DNA of 63,946 nt, the filler included. It is 7 parts of 7 records of this genome, joined end to end, with 100 filler letters (N's around TTAATTAATTAA, not from the genome) between each part and the next. Parts side by side here need not be neighbours in the genome. Positions count along the whole stretch, not along the records: positions 7,828 to 13,225 come from SRR31156797_49455; positions 13,326 to 19,131 come from SRR31156797_49492; positions 19,232 to 24,586 come from SRR31156797_49506; 4 more parts are not named here. One strand, 5' to 3'. A model generated the notes under the pieces. It saw only the letters and a list, made by a program, of their open reading frames with translations. It did not search any database and was not told the DNA's origin. Of this stretch, positions 9,694 through 19,742 are shown piece after piece (position 1 is the first letter of the stretch; the number at the start of each line of letters is the position of its first letter). The position numbers and the translations under genes were made by a program.

Positions 9694-10338
9694 TTAGTAC
9701 CCCAGCTCTTCTCCGATCAGAATCACCTTGATCCGGCCTTCAGGCTTGGAACGCCGAGTCGAGACAGTATGGCTGCATATGCAGTCGGGGGTCAGGCAGT
9801 CGGCGCAGGAACCGGTGAGACGACAGGGGGTCTGTCGATTCAGCCGATGGGCATTCATGGGGGACGCCACATTCTGAATTCGGGGGACAGCCTCGGCCTC
9901 GTTGTTGACGATCTTGTTCATCCCCACAAGGACCACGATATTCTCGGGACCGAAGATCAAGGCTCCCAGCCGGTTGCCGTTCCCGTCAATGTTGACGAGG
10001 ATACCGTCCCGGGTAAGGGCATTGGTACTCATAAAATAGTAATCGCAGGAGAGGGCCTTGTGGAGAATCTCCTTTGTCTCTTCGGGACTGTTGGCTTCGG
10101 CCCGGTCGAGAACATCAAAATCCCCGGACTTCAGGTATTCCTTAATCCCCGTTTCCACCAGGGTCATCGTCCCGCCCCAGGAAACCTGAGATCCGGGCGT
10201 CACAATTTTCTTGACCTCTTCCAGAGCCTCGGCGGAGCTGGAAACATACCGGGCGTCAAAACCCCTTCTATTCAGTTTTTTGACCACTTCGGGTCCCAAG
10301 CTTTCGTAAAATCCTTCTTTCGGTGTCATATTCTTCAA
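9694..10338 (-). CDS. LUD-domain (lactate utilization, LutC/YkgG-like) protein
   Basis: STNALTRDG.LVNIDGNGNR, VGMNKIV, PC..TG.C.DC....CIC, LIGEELGY. Confidence 0.85.
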   Translation of the reverse strand: MKNMTPKEGFYESLGPEVVKKLNRRGFDARYVSSSAEALEEVKKIVTPGSQVSWGGTMTLVETGIKEYLKSGDFDVLDRAEANSPEETKEILHKALSCDYYFMSTNALTRDGILVNIDGNGNRLGALIFGPENIVVLVGMNKIVNNEAEAVPRIQNVASPMNAHRLNRQTPCRLTGSCADCLTPDCICSHTVSTRRSKPEGRIKVILIGEELGY

Positions 10339-10391
10339 ACCTCTTTGTAAATTGTATTAATATCCCTGCCCTGGGAGAGGCAGAGAAGGCA

Positions 10392-11213
10392 TTAGACGGT
10401 CCAGTTGTCTATCAGCCCTTTTACCAGGGAAAGGAATTTTTCCCGGACCATCTTTCCGGTTTCGATCACCTCTTCGTGGTTTAGAGGCTGATCGAGGATG
10501 CCCGCCGCCATATTGGAGATACAGGTGAGCCCCAGAACATTCATCCCTCCGTGAGCGGCAACAACAACCTCAGGTACTGTAGACATTCCCACAGCATGAC
10601 TCCCGATGATTTCAGCCATCCGGATCTCCGCCGGAGTCTCAAAACTCGGCCCGCCCATAAAGGCGTAAACTCCTTCACGCAGTGTAATATCCAGATCCTT
10701 AGCAACCTTCCGGGCCATATCCTGAAGGGCCGGAGTGTAGGCAGTAGACATATCATTGAATCGTGGGCCAAATTCCTTCATATTCTGACCTCGTAGAGGA
10801 TTCACACCGATAAAGTTGATGTGATCGGTGATCAGCATCAAATCTCCCGGATCCCAGTCACGCGGAATGCCACCGGCGGCATTGGTCACCAGAAGGTTTT
10901 TGATCCCCATAAGGAGCATGGCCCGGATAGGAAAGACCACCTTATCCATTCCGTAGCCCTCGTAGTAGTGGAACCGCCCCTGGAGGGCAAGCACCTCTTT
11001 CCCTTTCAGCTTTCCAATTACAAGCTTGCCCGCATGTCCTTCGACGGTAGAAACGGGAAAACCCGGGATATCCTCGTAATCGATGATATCAGCCTCTTCT
11101 ATCTCTTCGGCCAGGACACCGAGCCCGGAACCGAGAACCAGCCCAATCTGCGGATTATACTGCGTCTTCGAACGGATATAATCTGCGGCCTTCTTTAAAG
11201 CGTCTAATTCCAT
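10392..11213 (-). CDS. punA: Purine nucleoside phosphorylase (trimeric type)
   Basis: VLGSGLG, GHAG, QGRFHYYEG, TNAAGG, GPSFETPAE, VGMSTVPE. Confidence 0.95.
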   Translation of the reverse strand: MELDALKKAADYIRSKTQYNPQIGLVLGSGLGVLAEEIEEADIIDYEDIPGFPVSTVEGHAGKLVIGKLKGKEVLALQGRFHYYEGYGMDKVVFPIRAMLLMGIKNLLVTNAAGGIPRDWDPGDLMLITDHINFIGVNPLRGQNMKEFGPRFNDMSTAYTPALQDMARKVAKDLDITLREGVYAFMGGPSFETPAEIRMAEIIGSHAVGMSTVPEVVVAAHGGMNVLGLTCISNMAAGILDQPLNHEEVIETGKMVREKFLSLVKGLIDNWTV

Positions 11214-11241
11214 GGAGTAAGGATAATATAAAACGGGGTAT

Positions 11242-11276
11242 AAAAAAACCTCCCTGCGGGGACAGGGAGGAAAAAA
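11242..11276 (-). terminator. Intrinsic terminator
   Basis: CCTCCCTG/CAGGGAGG stem followed by a T-run on the minus strand, after the racemase-fold gene. Confidence 0.75.
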
Positions 11277-11294
11277 GAACGATGAACCGAACCC

Positions 11295-11960
11295 TCAGGT
11301 CCGGAGAATCGACAAAAATTGTTCTACCCCGCTCTCGGGGCTGCTGAGAACCGTTTTTCCGGTTTTTTCAGCAATGGTCTGTTCCAGCAGGGCCATGGAA
11401 CCCTGGGCCAGGACAAGGAGATCAACCTCCTTACAGACTTCTATGGCCTTTTCCAATACGATAGCATCATGCTTCTCCCTGTCGCCGCTCATCAGAACCG
11501 GAAAGGCTCCTTCGGCGAGGAAGCGGATGATCTCCACATTCTTGCCCTTTTTAACGGCGGTGGCTTCCACCAGTTCACAGGTCGGAGGAAGGGTGGTCGG
11601 GAGGGTTGCCAGGACACCAATCTTTCCTCCAGCTTTGGCCGTTGCGATCGCTTTCTCGGCCATGGGCTCATCAATTTTAATCAGAGGTAAACTTAAAAAA
11701 GGTTTGATCGCTTCGGCTACAGAACCTACAGAAGAACAGGTATTAAAAACATATTCTGCTCCCATATCTTCAGCAGCCTGGGCATATTTCAACAGACGTT
11801 TCTTTACCCCATCGGTGGGGCCATCGTTATCGATCACCTCCCAGATCAGACTTTCATCAACAATATTAATCAGCTTGGCAGGAATCTTGTACTCCTCCCA
11901 GAGGTTCTTCAATCGATCCACCAGGGCCAGGCTTGTATGCAATGCTGCAATTTTTTTCAT
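11295..11960 (-). CDS. Asp/Glu/hydantoin racemase-fold protein
   Basis: LHT, NTCSS, KIDEPMA, GVLAT.PTT..PT, LAQGSM, LSSP motifs. Confidence 0.8.
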   Translation of the reverse strand: MKKIAALHTSLALVDRLKNLWEEYKIPAKLINIVDESLIWEVIDNDGPTDGVKKRLLKYAQAAEDMGAEYVFNTCSSVGSVAEAIKPFLSLPLIKIDEPMAEKAIATAKAGGKIGVLATLPTTLPPTCELVEATAVKKGKNVEIIRFLAEGAFPVLMSGDREKHDAIVLEKAIEVCKEVDLLVLAQGSMALLEQTIAEKTGKTVLSSPESGVEQFLSILRT

Positions 11961-11973
11961 CTTTATCTCCTGC

Positions 11974-12933
11974 TTATTTCATCATGGATCGCACACCGTC
12001 GGCGACGGCCTCATTGTCGATCCCGTATTTATGTAGAATATCCTGATAATGCCCGCTCTCGGCGAAGGTGTCCTCCAGACCGATATGGCGGTAGGGAACG
12101 AAAAGATCATTCCGGGTCAGGTAATCGGCAATCTCATATCCGACACCGTTTCTTCTCTGATGATTCTCTACCAGAAAAAGCTTTTTGGTTTTGGAAACGG
12201 ATTTCATTAATCCGTCGTAATCCAGGGGTTTCACGGAATAGAGATCGAGAATCTCCGCCTCAATTCCTTCCGCAGCCAAAACTTCTGCTGCGGCCAGAGC
12301 CTGAAAGATCGTGTCACCGTAGGTGGCGATGGTTATATGTTTTCCATCCCGGACAATATGGCTGCCGCCCAAATGAAACTCCGTGTTTTCATCGTAGAGC
12401 TCATAATAGGAGTCCCGGAATAGCCGCGTATAGCAGGGTCCTTTCGTTATCATAGCCACATCGAAAAGCTTCCGGGCCGAATTGGTATCCGCCGGAACAA
12501 GTACTTTCATATTGGGAAGGGTCGTCAGATAGGCCACATCTTCGGTTGCCTGATGAGTTACACCATCAATGGCCGCGGTCAGCCCCCCATGGGAACCAAG
12601 AAACTTAACAGGTAGATTCGGATAGCAGATCAAAGATCGGACAGCCTCAATCGCCCGTGTTGTTAGAAAGATCCCATAAGTTGAAGCCACAACAGATCGG
12701 CCCCCGGCCGCCATACCGGCGGCGGCGGTCACCATTCCCAGCTCGGCGATCCCCATATTGAAATAACGATTTGGAAATACATCCCCGAAAAGGGTTGATT
12801 GGGTGGATTTTCCGATGTCTGCCTCCATAACGGCAAACTCTTTATCTATCTGACCGTATTCGGTCATCCTCTCGCTGAAGGCTCTCCTGGTCGGAGCTTT
12901 CGCTTTAATAAGTTTGTCCTTTACTGCATTCAT
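11974..12933 (-). CDS. Transketolase C-terminal subunit
   Basis: NMGIAE, DGVTHQATED, SVKPLD, VENH, IGLEDTFAESG. Confidence 0.9.
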   Translation of the reverse strand: MNAVKDKLIKAKAPTRRAFSERMTEYGQIDKEFAVMEADIGKSTQSTLFGDVFPNRYFNMGIAELGMVTAAAGMAAGGRSVVASTYGIFLTTRAIEAVRSLICYPNLPVKFLGSHGGLTAAIDGVTHQATEDVAYLTTLPNMKVLVPADTNSARKLFDVAMITKGPCYTRLFRDSYYELYDENTEFHLGGSHIVRDGKHITIATYGDTIFQALAAAEVLAAEGIEAEILDLYSVKPLDYDGLMKSVSKTKKLFLVENHQRRNGVGYEIADYLTRNDLFVPYRHIGLEDTFAESGHYQDILHKYGIDNEAVADGVRSMMK

Positions 12934-12937
12934 ACCT

Positions 12938-13225
12938 TTACGCCCTCTTCACTTCAGCCATGGCCGTCTGAAATTCCTCATCATTGGGAGCCTTGCCATG
13001 CCAGCCCAGCTGATTTTCCATAAAGGAGACACCTTTTCCCTTTACCGTGTCGGCAATGATACAGACAGGCTTTCCTTCTACTTTGAAAGCCTCTTCAAAG
13101 GTGTCCAGGAGGGCGGGGATGGAGTGGCCATCAACTTCCAGAACATGCCATCCAAAGGCTTCAAATTTTTCTTTCAGTGGATGCAAAGGCATTATCTCCT
13201 CTGTAGGACCATCAAGCTGCAGTCC
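12938..13225 (-). CDS. Transketolase N-terminal subunit, 5'-truncated
   Basis: KFEAFGW....VDGH, TVKGKGVSFMEN...WHGKAP. Confidence 0.9.
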   Translation of the reverse strand, partial: GLQLDGPTEEIMPLHPLKEKFEAFGWHVLEVDGHSIPALLDTFEEAFKVEGKPVCIIADTVKGKGVSFMENQLGWHGKAPNDEEFQTAMAEVKRA

Positions 13226-13325
13226 NNNNNNNNNNNNNNNNNNNNNNNNNNNNNNNNNNNNNNNNNNNNTTAATTAATTAANNNNNNNNNNNNNNNNNNN
13301 NNNNNNNNNNNNNNNNNNNNNNNNN
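13226..13325. other. Artificial contig spacer
   Basis: N-run with TTAATTAATTAA linker. Confidence 0.98.
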
Positions 13326-13420
13326 GAGTAGGTTCTCGTTGTCGGAGCGGGAGCATCGCAGCCCATCAGAACAATCGAGCTGCATGCGATACCACAGAGC
13401 GTTGCAATACGAAGATTCAT
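13326..13420 (-). CDS. Putative lipoprotein, N-terminal fragment
   Basis: Manual translation MNLRIATLCGIACSSIVLMGCDAPAPTTRTY with lipobox-like LMGC and GAGG RBS; runs into the gap. Confidence 0.5.
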
Positions 13421-13554
13421 AACCACCTCTACCTGGTTTCATTTACTTTGTTTTTTTCAGTTGTCGGAAACGATTCCGCGCCTTGCTGCTTCTGAGGATG
13501 GTGCATCCAACAACTGATGATTCAGCACCTTGCCATGGTAGCCTCTGGTGCGAG

Positions 13555-14871
13555 CTATGCAACGGGCGGCTGAAGTCCGTCAATCATCCGCTGGCGATGT
13601 TCGAAATAATCCGGGAACGTTTTGGCTGTACAGCCCGGATCCCGGATGACAATCCCGGAAGCACGAAGTCCAGCGAGCGAAAAGCCCATTGCCATCCGAT
13701 GATCGTCGTACGTATCAATTTCTGCCGCCTTTACGGTTTCGGGAGGATGGATCGTCAAACCTGCTGGTTCTTCTTCTACTTCCGCTCCCAGTTTCCGGAG
13801 TTCGGTTGCGACCGCTGTAATCCGATCAGTCTCCTTGACGCGGAGGTTTTCCACGTTCCGGACCCGCGTTGACCCTTCGGCGAACAGAGCCGGTATTGCC
13901 AGCGTCTGGACCATGTCAGGCATGTCGTTCAGGTCAATATCGATCCCCTTGAGTTTTCCATCGGCAGGGCCAGTCACGGTCAATTCGGTTTCTTGCCGAT
14001 CAATGACACATCCCATCTGTTCCAGTACATCGACAAACTTTGCATCGCCCTGAACACTGCTGGTTCCCAGTCCACGCACGGTCACTCTACCCCCTGCAAT
14101 TGCAGGAGCCGCAAGAAAGTACGAGGCATTCGATGCATCGGGTTCGATTGCGTAGTGGATTCCCCGATACGGCTGCGGTGCAGGAACGACGATCTTTCCG
14201 ATTTTATCGCTCAACTGCTCCACGGCTTCCACGCCAAAGGATCGCAACACCGACAACGTCATCTGCAGATACGGGATACTGACAACGTGTCCCGAGATCG
14301 TCAGGTACAGATCGTTTCCCATCCTTGACGCACTCATCATCAACGCGCTGGGCAACTGGCTTGATGGTGGAGAATCAAAAGCAATACTTCCTCCAGCTTG
14401 CCCCGTTGCCCGGACTTCAATAGGGGGATACCCTTCCTCGCCCAGGTAACGCACAACCGTTCCCAGGTGACGGATCGCATCAACCAGCGGGCCAATCGGA
14501 CGTTGTCGCATACGGTCCGTTCCGTCGAGGACATACGTTCCCTGCCCCACCGCGCAGAGCGCAGTACAGAAGCGGATGGTCGTTCCCGAGTTGCCGCAGA
14601 AAACCGTCGCTTCCCCGCTGGGGATCTGTCCACCGCATCCCTGGACGACAGCTGTTGCTTTTGCCTGATCATACGAAACCGGAATTCCAAATGACATCAA
14701 TGCATCCATCATATGCCGGGTATCATCGGCATGAAGAACACCCGTGAGTGTCGATTCACCATCCGCCAGGGCAGCCATTGCCAGCGAACGATTGGTGAGA
14801 CTCTTGGAGCCAGGCGGGCAGACGACTGCGTCGAGTGGTTTTGAAACAGGATGTAATTCCAGTTTGTTCAT
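13555..14871 (-). CDS. aroA: 3-phosphoshikimate 1-carboxyvinyltransferase (EPSP synthase)
   Basis: PGSKSLTNR, GNSGTTIRF, RMRQRPI, SSQ, LRVKETDRI, YDDHRMAM; start moved to MNKLEL. Confidence 0.95.
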   Translation of the reverse strand: MNKLELHPVSKPLDAVVCPPGSKSLTNRSLAMAALADGESTLTGVLHADDTRHMMDALMSFGIPVSYDQAKATAVVQGCGGQIPSGEATVFCGNSGTTIRFCTALCAVGQGTYVLDGTDRMRQRPIGPLVDAIRHLGTVVRYLGEEGYPPIEVRATGQAGGSIAFDSPPSSQLPSALMMSASRMGNDLYLTISGHVVSIPYLQMTLSVLRSFGVEAVEQLSDKIGKIVVPAPQPYRGIHYAIEPDASNASYFLAAPAIAGGRVTVRGLGTSSVQGDAKFVDVLEQMGCVIDRQETELTVTGPADGKLKGIDIDLNDMPDMVQTLAIPALFAEGSTRVRNVENLRVKETDRITAVATELRKLGAEVEEEPAGLTIHPPETVKAAEIDTYDDHRMAMGFSLAGLRASGIVIRDPGCTAKTFPDYFEHRQRMIDGLQPPVA

Positions 14872-15685
14872 GAGAGAAAAAGTACCATAACAAGACAGGA
14901 ATTCCCAGAGAAGAAGAGCGAACCAGGCACTCGTCAACACGATGACAAGATACGATGGTTTACCTTCCCTGTTCTGTGCTGACCAGGGAGCGCCAGAGCG
15001 AGAAACGCACCTCTGCAAACCATCATAACAAACTGAAATAAAACAAGTTACAACCATTTCGTCATTCATTTTCGGATCTTTTGTCTTGTTTTTCATCTTC
15101 CTGCTGCTTTTTTCCTCCCTCTTTCTTTCCCTGTCCGGAAGCCGGGGCCCGGGCGTTCCGGGTGTCGAGTGTCTGATAGGTTCTCCTATTCATAGAACAT
15201 GCCGTCCGTTCTCTCAAAACAAGCAGGATTTTTCTGATCGTACGAAAACTGTTGTTTTTTGAGCTGGGAAACGGGGATTGGGTTCTGGCTTTCGCTTGAA
15301 AAAAGAAAAAAATGCGGTCAAGCGGAGCAGAGCAATGACTGGATCAGGGAGTTTCTTACAGGAACCCTTGTGTTTGAATGAAGAGGTGCGAATTGAGGTT
15401 CGTTTGAAACGAACCGAAGATTGCCTTGTTTCGCGAACCCCATCCAGGAGCTGGAAAACGAGGATTTTGGACTCTGCCCGAGGAAGGGAAAACGCTCCCT
15501 TTTCCGTTATAGCGGAAATCCGCCTGATCATGCGTCGTTCAACCATTCATAAGTCGAGAAAAAATATGATCCTGCAGAAGACTTCAAGAGTTCATTTAAG
15601 TCGCTCTGCAGACAGACCGGAGCTCGTTTTATCGAATCTGACGGTCTTGCATTCTGAAGGATTCGGGCGTATTCACAGAGTCGTC

Positions 15686-16999
15686 ATGCTACGAATGAGG
15701 CACAAAGGAACGTTCTCGGGCGGGATGTATCTTCCATCCTGCTCGTGCGAGACAACCGGTCGACCGGTGACGCGTGTAGCGGTGCCGGAGATTCTGCGCG
15801 TTCCCTTTGCCCAGGGCCGGGAAACGCCAGCCATTCCCCGGATCAAACCGGGGGACACAATCCGAAGCGGTGAACTTCTGGGAGAATCAGCGGATGGGCG
15901 AACGCGAATCCATACTCCGGTAGATGGCGAAGTGCTTGGCTTCGTCAATGTGGCCACCCCGTTTTCTCAGCGTTCATCGGCTGTTGAAATCAAGACAACG
16001 CAGCAACCTGAAGGTACAGCAGTCAACGTCAATCTAGCCGAAAAGGTTTGCGGTGTTGGAGACTGTGCTGATGATTTCGTCACGCGCGTCCGCCAGGCAG
16101 GTTGTGATGCGAGAGAAATCGAACAGGCCCTGGATTGCGGCGAGCTGGACCATCTCATCATCAGTGCGGCAACGGTTCCTCCTTACGAGACCGCTTCTCT
16201 TCGAACACTGTCTGACAATATACCGCTGGTGCTGGAAGCTGCGTGTTTCCTCCAGGAGAAGTTCAACGCACGACGAACCTGGATCGCGGTCGATGTTACA
16301 CAGCCCGAAGTACATAAGAGAGTTTTCCGCGATGCTCACGGAACAGCGATCCGAACGATCAGTGTATCGGATAAGTATCCTCAACAGCATCCCCGCCTGT
16401 TGGCCCTCTCCATCACGAAACGCGAGATTCCCTACGGCAATACCTGTGTTGGCCGTGGCGTCTGGGTAACCGATGTCTGTACTGTGCTGGATATGTGGCG
16501 GGCTGCACAGCACTGCGTTCCCGTGACCTGGTGCACCGTGACGATCGGTGGAGATGCGGTCTCTCAGCCTGGGAACTATCGTGTGCCGATCGGCATGTCG
16601 GTTCGGGATATCGCCGACAGCATCGGTTTATCTCATACACCACGAGAATTGCTGTTCGGGAATCCCTGGTCAGGCCATGCGGCGCTTTCACCTGATACGG
16701 TGATCACGAAATGGAGTCGGAGTTTTTCTCTCTGGCAAGCCGAGCACATTCTCCATCATAAACCGAAGACCTGTATCCGCTGCGGATCCTGCGTCCATGT
16801 GTGTCCAGCCGGGCTTGAGCCCCGCGGCCTTCTGGATCTTGCAGAGAGAAAGCAATACGAAGAATCTGCCAGATATTATCCGCGTGCCTGCATGGGATGC
16901 GGACTCTGTGATTACGTGTGTCCATCCCACCTTCCGTTAATGGAAGGTGTGAAACAATGTGAAGAGTATGAAACCAGACACAGCCAATCCAACTCCTGA
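15686..16999 (+). CDS. rnfC: RnfC/RsxC-like electron-transport subunit with degenerate FMN/NADH motifs
   Basis: TFSGG, IHTPVDG.V, KYPQ, VTIGGDAV..PGNY.VPIG and two [4Fe-4S] motifs (CIRCGSCVHVCP, CMGCGLCDYVCP). Confidence 0.8.
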   Translation: MLRMRHKGTFSGGMYLPSCSCETTGRPVTRVAVPEILRVPFAQGRETPAIPRIKPGDTIRSGELLGESADGRTRIHTPVDGEVLGFVNVATPFSQRSSAVEIKTTQQPEGTAVNVNLAEKVCGVGDCADDFVTRVRQAGCDAREIEQALDCGELDHLIISAATVPPYETASLRTLSDNIPLVLEAACFLQEKFNARRTWIAVDVTQPEVHKRVFRDAHGTAIRTISVSDKYPQQHPRLLALSITKREIPYGNTCVGRGVWVTDVCTVLDMWRAAQHCVPVTWCTVTIGGDAVSQPGNYRVPIGMSVRDIADSIGLSHTPRELLFGNPWSGHAALSPDTVITKWSRSFSLWQAEHILHHKPKTCIRCGSCVHVCPAGLEPRGLLDLAERKQYEESARYYPRACMGCGLCDYVCPSHLPLMEGVKQCEEYETRHSQSNS

Positions 17000-18149
17000 G
17001 AGGCATGAGTGGCCTGTCCGGTTCCATGCACATGCGTCTCCGCATATCAGCGGATGCGGGCTGGCGGATCGTATCTACCTACTGATGTGCCTTGCGACCA
17101 TTCCACCCCTGCTTGCGGGGATGTTCGTGTTCGGCTGGAAAGTCAGCGGCATCGTCGCCGCTGCTGGATTCGGTGCCGTGATTACGGATATGGTGTTTCG
17201 TTCAATCCGTCATCTCGATGGAACGATTCATCTTTCGCACTCGCTGGCTATCGGGCTCATGCTGGGGCTGATCCTTCCTCCCCATACATCGATGATGATC
17301 GCACTGCTTGGAGGTTTCATGGCGATCGCCATCGGGAAGTGGATGCTCGGGAGCCTTGGAAATTATGTCTGGCCCCCGGTGCTGATCGGCTGGGTCTGCC
17401 TTGGGTTATTTTTCCCGACTCAGATTACACCGGAGCAACATGCATTCCTGACACAGCGAACGGCCCTGACCGGTTCTCTGGATTCAGCTGTCCGCGATCC
17501 GGGCTATCGGGGATATACCTGGTCGATCCCCTACCCGGGCGTCGAAGCATGGATAGCAGATCGACCGGTCGATGCGTTGAGCGTTGCGTACCTGTCACCG
17601 GATGATCCCGAAGTTGCGACCCCTTCTGTCGGTGTACTGCTTCGGGATGTGCTTCCCCCCTGGTCGGATACGCTCTGGGGAACGGTCGGCGGAAGCATTG
17701 GATGCACATCAACGCTGGCGATTCTGCTGAGCAGTTTTCTTCTGCTGTATTTCAGTCGGCTGATCTGGGAGATCCCGATTTTTTCCATGCTGACGATTAT
17801 CGTGTTGTCGCTGATCTGGCCTGTGTATCTGAAAGGCAGCCAGGAGCCTGCGGTCTGGTTTCCGATCCTGTATTCGGAGTTCGGTATTCCGATCGGCTCG
17901 GGGCTGGTGCTGTACCATCTGACCGGAGGCGGGGTGATGATCGCCTGCTGGCTGATCGCCCTGGATCCGGTTGTCACTCCTCTGACCCGACGGGGTCAGC
18001 TGATCTATGGCGTCCTGCTGGGTGGATTGATTTTCATCCTGCGCGTGAACGGGTTATCCGTTCATTCTGCCTTCTGGGCGCTGCTGATCCTGAGTCCGCT
18101 GGTACCGATGATCGATCGCTTCACAAGGCGGCGGGTGTACGGTACCTGA
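16968..18149 (+). CDS. rnfD: RnfD/NqrB-like membrane subunit
   Basis: ASPHI N-terminus, G.ILPP, GGSIGCTS, DPVVTP.T.RG..IYG, P.IDRFT.RRVYG C-terminus. Confidence 0.8.
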   Translation: MKPDTANPTPERHEWPVRFHAHASPHISGCGLADRIYLLMCLATIPPLLAGMFVFGWKVSGIVAAAGFGAVITDMVFRSIRHLDGTIHLSHSLAIGLMLGLILPPHTSMMIALLGGFMAIAIGKWMLGSLGNYVWPPVLIGWVCLGLFFPTQITPEQHAFLTQRTALTGSLDSAVRDPGYRGYTWSIPYPGVEAWIADRPVDALSVAYLSPDDPEVATPSVGVLLRDVLPPWSDTLWGTVGGSIGCTSTLAILLSSFLLLYFSRLIWEIPIFSMLTIIVLSLIWPVYLKGSQEPAVWFPILYSEFGIPIGSGLVLYHLTGGGVMIACWLIALDPVVTPLTRRGQLIYGVLLGGLIFILRVNGLSVHSAFWALLILSPLVPMIDRFTRRRVYGT

Positions 18150-18261
18150 CCGGTTGTGCCAGAGGAATCACACCTCATTGGTTGACGCTTCTTTTTACCC
18201 AACGTATCCTGTTCCCCCAGAATCGATCACAAAACCAGAATACTCGTACAGGAGTTTATCT

Positions 18262-19131
18262 TTGAATTTTGTTACCGGTGCAACGGGGCTGCTGGGCAGC
18301 CATATCGCAGAGCAGCTTCGATTGCGGGACAAGCCAGTCCGGGCGATTGTCCGCCCCGGAAGCGATGGATCCTTCCTGGAATCAATCGGCGTCGAAACCG
18401 TTCCGGGTGACATCACGGATCGGGATTCACTGATCAAAGCGTGCGATGGTGTCGAAACGGTGTATCACTCTGCGGCACGCGTCGGGGACTGGGGACCCTG
18501 GGACGATTTTGTCCGGGTCTCGATCAACGGTACCCAGAACGTGATCGATGCAGCGGCGACAGCGAAGGTTCGCCGGATGCTTCATATCAGTTCGATCAGT
18601 TCCTACGGACATGTGAACATTCCAGGCAAAGTGCTGGATGAGACGGCACCGCTGGGACAGAACCTGTATAAGTGGGCGTACTATTCCCGCGCGAAGGTCG
18701 AAGCCGAAAAGCTGCTGTGGAAAGCCCACGAGGATGGCAGGATTGTTGCCACCGTGATTCGCCCGAGCTGGATCTACGGTCCGCGTGACCGGGCCACGAT
18801 CGGTCGACTGATCGACGCCATCCGCAAAGGCAAAGCGAAGCTCATCGGACCGGGCGACAACCGCCTGAACGTGACACACTCGGCCAACATCGCCGAAGGC
18901 TGCATCCTTGCCGCGGAAGCTGAAAAGGGTGCGGGCGAAGCGTATAACATCTGTCATGATGGTGAGATGACGCAGAAGCAGTATTATGACCGCATCGCCG
19001 AAGCGATCGGAGAGCCCCCGGTAACCAGGAGTGTTCCCTATAACGTCGTGAAGAATGCGGCGTTCGTCATGGAATGCTTCGGTCACCTGTTCCGAACGAA
19101 AAAGCCGCCGCTCGTGACGCGTTACTCGGCA
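18262..19131 (+). CDS. NAD-dependent epimerase/dehydratase (extended SDR), 3'-truncated
   Basis: VTGATGLLG, HSAA, YSRAK catalytic motif, IRPSWIYGP; TTG start after AGGAG. Confidence 0.88.
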
Positions 19132-19231
19132 NNNNNNNNNNNNNNNNNNNNNNNNNNNNNNNNNNNNNNNNNNNNTTAATTAATTAANNNNNNNNNNNNN
19201 NNNNNNNNNNNNNNNNNNNNNNNNNNNNNNN
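19132..19231. other. Artificial contig spacer
   Basis: N-run with TTAATTAATTAA linker. Confidence 0.98.
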
Positions 19232-19567
19232 GGCCCGGGCCGCAATCATGATGGCGGACAGCACAGGCCCAAGCTCACGGATAAGCGTCATGGCAACGGC
19301 TGATCCAAGAGTCGCTTCGGAACCGAAATCCACCAGAGTGTAGTACCCTTGAAGACCCAGTACCATGCCGGTGAACATGGCGGTTAAAACGATGACAAAC
19401 ATGGATTTGTAACCAATAAACCACACCTGTTCCATAATCTTGGAGATCTGGACAAAAGGCACAAAATTGCGCCAGATACCCTGGAAAAAGAAAATCGATA
19501 TGCGGCCAATGGATCGGGTGTTGTCAATGCAGGCCAAGCCTAATTTTTCCATACGCAGTTTGAACAT
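19232..19567 (-). CDS. mlaE: MlaE family ABC permease, 3'-truncated
   Basis: FTGMVLGLQG and IRELGPVLSAIMIAARA signature. Confidence 0.88.
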
Positions 19568-19742
19568 AGTCTATATCTTATATGCGTTCTTTTTTCAAAA
19601 GACAAGCGGTTTGAAGCGGATCCCCATACTTGGTAAACCTGATTTGGAATCCATGCCACTTAACAAAAAGGTTTGACACGTACTCATTATTTTAATACGT
19701 ATCCTTCAAAGATTATACAAATTTTCATTCAGGACAAATGCC

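Noticed and set aside
14872-15685. Long N-terminal extensions of aroA and rnfC in the ORF track
   Set aside because: No family resemblance; recognisable homology begins at 14871 and near 15686.
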